Virus record (IMG/VR): IMGVR_UViG_3300024518_002390
Location: 7,066 to 71,065 of that record
DNA: 64,000 nucleotides
Strand: one strand, 5' to 3'
DNA from: a virus
Lineage: Duplodnaviria; Caudoviricetes
Shown: positions 61,835 to 64,000 of the stretch, piece by piece
Numbering within the stretch: the first letter of the stretch is position 1
Layout: each line of letters starts with the position of its first letter
Notes under the pieces: model-generated
Told to the model about the DNA's origin: nothing
Seen by the model: the letters and a program-made list of their open reading frames with translations, nothing else
Databases searched by the model: none
Program-made: the position numbers and the translations under genes

Positions 61835-62853
61835 TTCAGTTTTCTCCTTTTGCTCGGCCGTAAAGCATCGAGTATTATGTCAGTTTCTTTGGGGTAAAAG
61901 TGCGAGGCCAGATAGCGAATCGACGTGTCCGGTTTCAGTGCTTTCTGCACCCGTGTAAATTCGCGCTTGATTACCGGCACAGACATGCCGCAACCGGGAT
62001 GGCCTGCAATGTAAATATTCGCACCCTCCTCGTAGTCCCAGCGTTGTCTGTAGTACTCCTTCAACGCCTCCGACATTAGAAAGGTGTGGCCGGCGTTGCA
62101 AACATCGCGGCCGAAGTAACCAACCGTTACATCCTCAAGCGTAAAGTCAAACATCTCTTGTAGATAACGCTCCATATAAGACTTAGCCAGTTCGCTCTGC
62201 TTGGAAATATGCACAGGTGCGTGCCTACTCCTCTCCGTAAAACGCCAGCTAATTGGCTTGCGCAAGAAATCGTAACTACCATCCTTGTGTATGCGTGGAA
62301 ACCTCGCCCAACCGTTCCTCGACAGGCTGGTCCACGTACTACTGTCACAGCTATACCACGGATACCTCTGCATGAGTTGTACCGATGTCATGGCAAAGCC
62401 GTGTACCTTCACACGCGGGTGGCCATGCTTGTCACAAACACGTTTGAAAATCTCGTCACCAAACTCGAGATAGGACTGCACCGAAGTACGCTGGCCGAGA
62501 CCGCCTACCCCAATATAATCGTAGCGCTCGATATACTTGTCCAGCACCGAAAAGGGCTCGCCATGGTGGAACACCGGCATAGGCATAAGGCCGCAAGACT
62601 CGATGTATTCCTGCACCTCCATGGTGGCTTTATGATTGTAAATAATGTCGAGGCCTACATACATCTCAAACTTATTCTTGTTCTTGTGCAAGAAGTCGAT
62701 GTAGCTTTGCATATAGTCCTCGAACTCGGCCGTATGCACATAGTCGTAATTGGCCTTATCCTTGTCGGACTGCATGCCTTTACGACTGGCCGCGAACTTC
62801 ATGTTGTAAAGCGAGTAGGCACCGGAGTCGAGTGCCAGCAATAAGTTTTTCAT
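61831..62853 (-). CDS. dpdA: DpdA-like 7-deazaguanine DNA transglycosylase (TGT fold)
   Basis: LDSGAYS, LDII, PVFH.GE, IGVGGL, KVHGFA, YPWYSCDSSTW; translationally coupled to folE. Confidence 0.78.
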   Translation of the reverse strand: MKNLLLALDSGAYSLYNMKFAASRKGMQSDKDKANYDYVHTAEFEDYMQSYIDFLHKNKNKFEMYVGLDIIYNHKATMEVQEYIESCGLMPMPVFHHGEPFSVLDKYIERYDYIGVGGLGQRTSVQSYLEFGDEIFKRVCDKHGHPRVKVHGFAMTSVQLMQRYPWYSCDSSTWTSLSRNGWARFPRIHKDGSYDFLRKPISWRFTERSRHAPVHISKQSELAKSYMERYLQEMFDFTLEDVTVGYFGRDVCNAGHTFLMSEALKEYYRQRWDYEEGANIYIAGHPGCGMSVPVIKREFTRVQKALKPDTSIRYLASHFYPKETDIILDALRPSKRRKLK

Positions 62854-63416
62854 AGGCGGCCTATCAGTGAGAACAGTTCTTCCTTAACTTGCTGTTCGAG
62901 AAACAGGCCGGTAAGGCTGGACGTTACCATCTCGCTGTTTTGTTTCTGCACACCTCTGCACGACATACAGTGGTGCTTGGCTACTAGGATGCAGGCCGAA
63001 CCACTCGGTTCGAGGTATTCCTCCAATGCTTGGGTTACTTGCTGACCGATGCGCTCCTGTATCTGCAAGCGTCTAGCAAAGCAATCCAGCAACCTGGCCA
63101 GCTTGCTTATACCTATCACTCTATTGCGCGGGAGGTAGGCGACGTGGCCGTAACCGGTAAATGGCAGCATGTGGTGCTCGCACGTTGAGTAGAACTCAAT
63201 GTTACGCAGGACAATAATTTGGTCGTACCCTTCAACCTCTGAAAATGTAGTTATAAGTTCGGCGGGACTGACATCATATCCGCCGTAAATTTGTTGCCAA
63301 GATTTTACTACGCGGAATGGCGTCTCGCGCAGGCCTTCCCTCTGCGTTGTCTCGCCGATTGCAGTAAGCAAACCGCGTACTAGGTTCATCGCATGCGACA
63401 CTGATGTTTCATCCAT
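62850..63416 (-). CDS. folE: GTP cyclohydrolase I
   Basis: REGL.ETP.RV, I.FYSTCEHH.LPF, VAYLP...IG.SKLAR, ARRLQIQER, H.CM..RGV.K. Confidence 0.95.
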   Translation of the reverse strand: MDETSVSHAMNLVRGLLTAIGETTQREGLRETPFRVVKSWQQIYGGYDVSPAELITTFSEVEGYDQIIVLRNIEFYSTCEHHMLPFTGYGHVAYLPRNRVIGISKLARLLDCFARRLQIQERIGQQVTQALEEYLEPSGSACILVAKHHCMSCRGVQKQNSEMVTSSLTGLFLEQQVKEELFSLIGRL

Positions 63417-63427
63417 TTCCTAACTCC

Positions 63428-63460
63428 AAAAAAAATACCCGGAGCCACGAGGACTCCGGG
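63428..63460 (-). terminator. Rho-independent terminator
   Basis: CCCGGAGTCC-TCGT-GGCTCCGGG followed by TATTTTTTTT. Confidence 0.75.
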
Positions 63461-63501
63461 TTGCGGTCTAAGTTGGCACCACTAAACAACAATTGGAAGG
63501 T

Positions 63502-64000
<499 letters not shown>

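Noticed and set aside
353-62844. Numerous plus-strand ORFs in the track (e.g. 525-1325, 2128-2913, 24990-25667, 50304-51224, 57890-59008)
   Set aside because: They are antisense shadows of well-supported minus-strand genes, with no motifs or SD sites and biased composition (S/F/L-rich).
19217-63480. TGGCAC as sigma-54 promoters
   Set aside because: No TTGC -12 element at the required spacing, and the orientation is antisense to all genes.

Overview
A 64-kb slice of a tailed dsDNA bacteriophage, a long-tailed siphovirus-type virus. The host is probably Gram-negative (GH108 endolysin, spanin-like lipoproteins, Sec/lipoprotein signal peptides). Every credible gene is on the minus strand. In transcription order (high to low coordinates): an acidic ED-repeat protein (truncated); folE and a dpdA-like transglycosylase; a replication/recombination block (beta-clamp-like protein, UDG-fused family A polymerase, DnaX-like loader, UvsY-like mediator, gp32-like SSB, RecA, RuvC-like resolvase, SbcD/SbcC, DUF550 pyrophosphohydrolase); a terminase-small-subunit-like HTH; a small-gene island (divergent QueC, C5-methyltransferase relic, HD nucleotidase, exported Fn3-like proteins); terminase, portal, a MuF protein with a metallopeptidase tip, and head, neck and tail genes; a large repeat-fibre module; lysis genes; a ~0.9-kb gene-poor, hairpin-rich stretch; early genes marked by repeated start motifs (ArdC, an ADP-ribosyltransferase-like protein, ParB with a histone-H1-like tail); and queE (truncated). 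The queE/queC/folE/dpdA set predicts 7-deazaguanine DNA hypermodification. The most novel-looking signals are (i) four adjacent genes whose products all carry an Fn3 A-strand-like 'donor' motif at the C-terminal side instead of the N-terminus, (ii) NLS-like polybasic terminal tags on most DNA-handling proteins, (iii) a candidate large structured ncRNA, and (iv) a fibre motif copied into an unrelated small gene 29 kb away. All calls come from manual motif reading; no database searches or folding programs were run.
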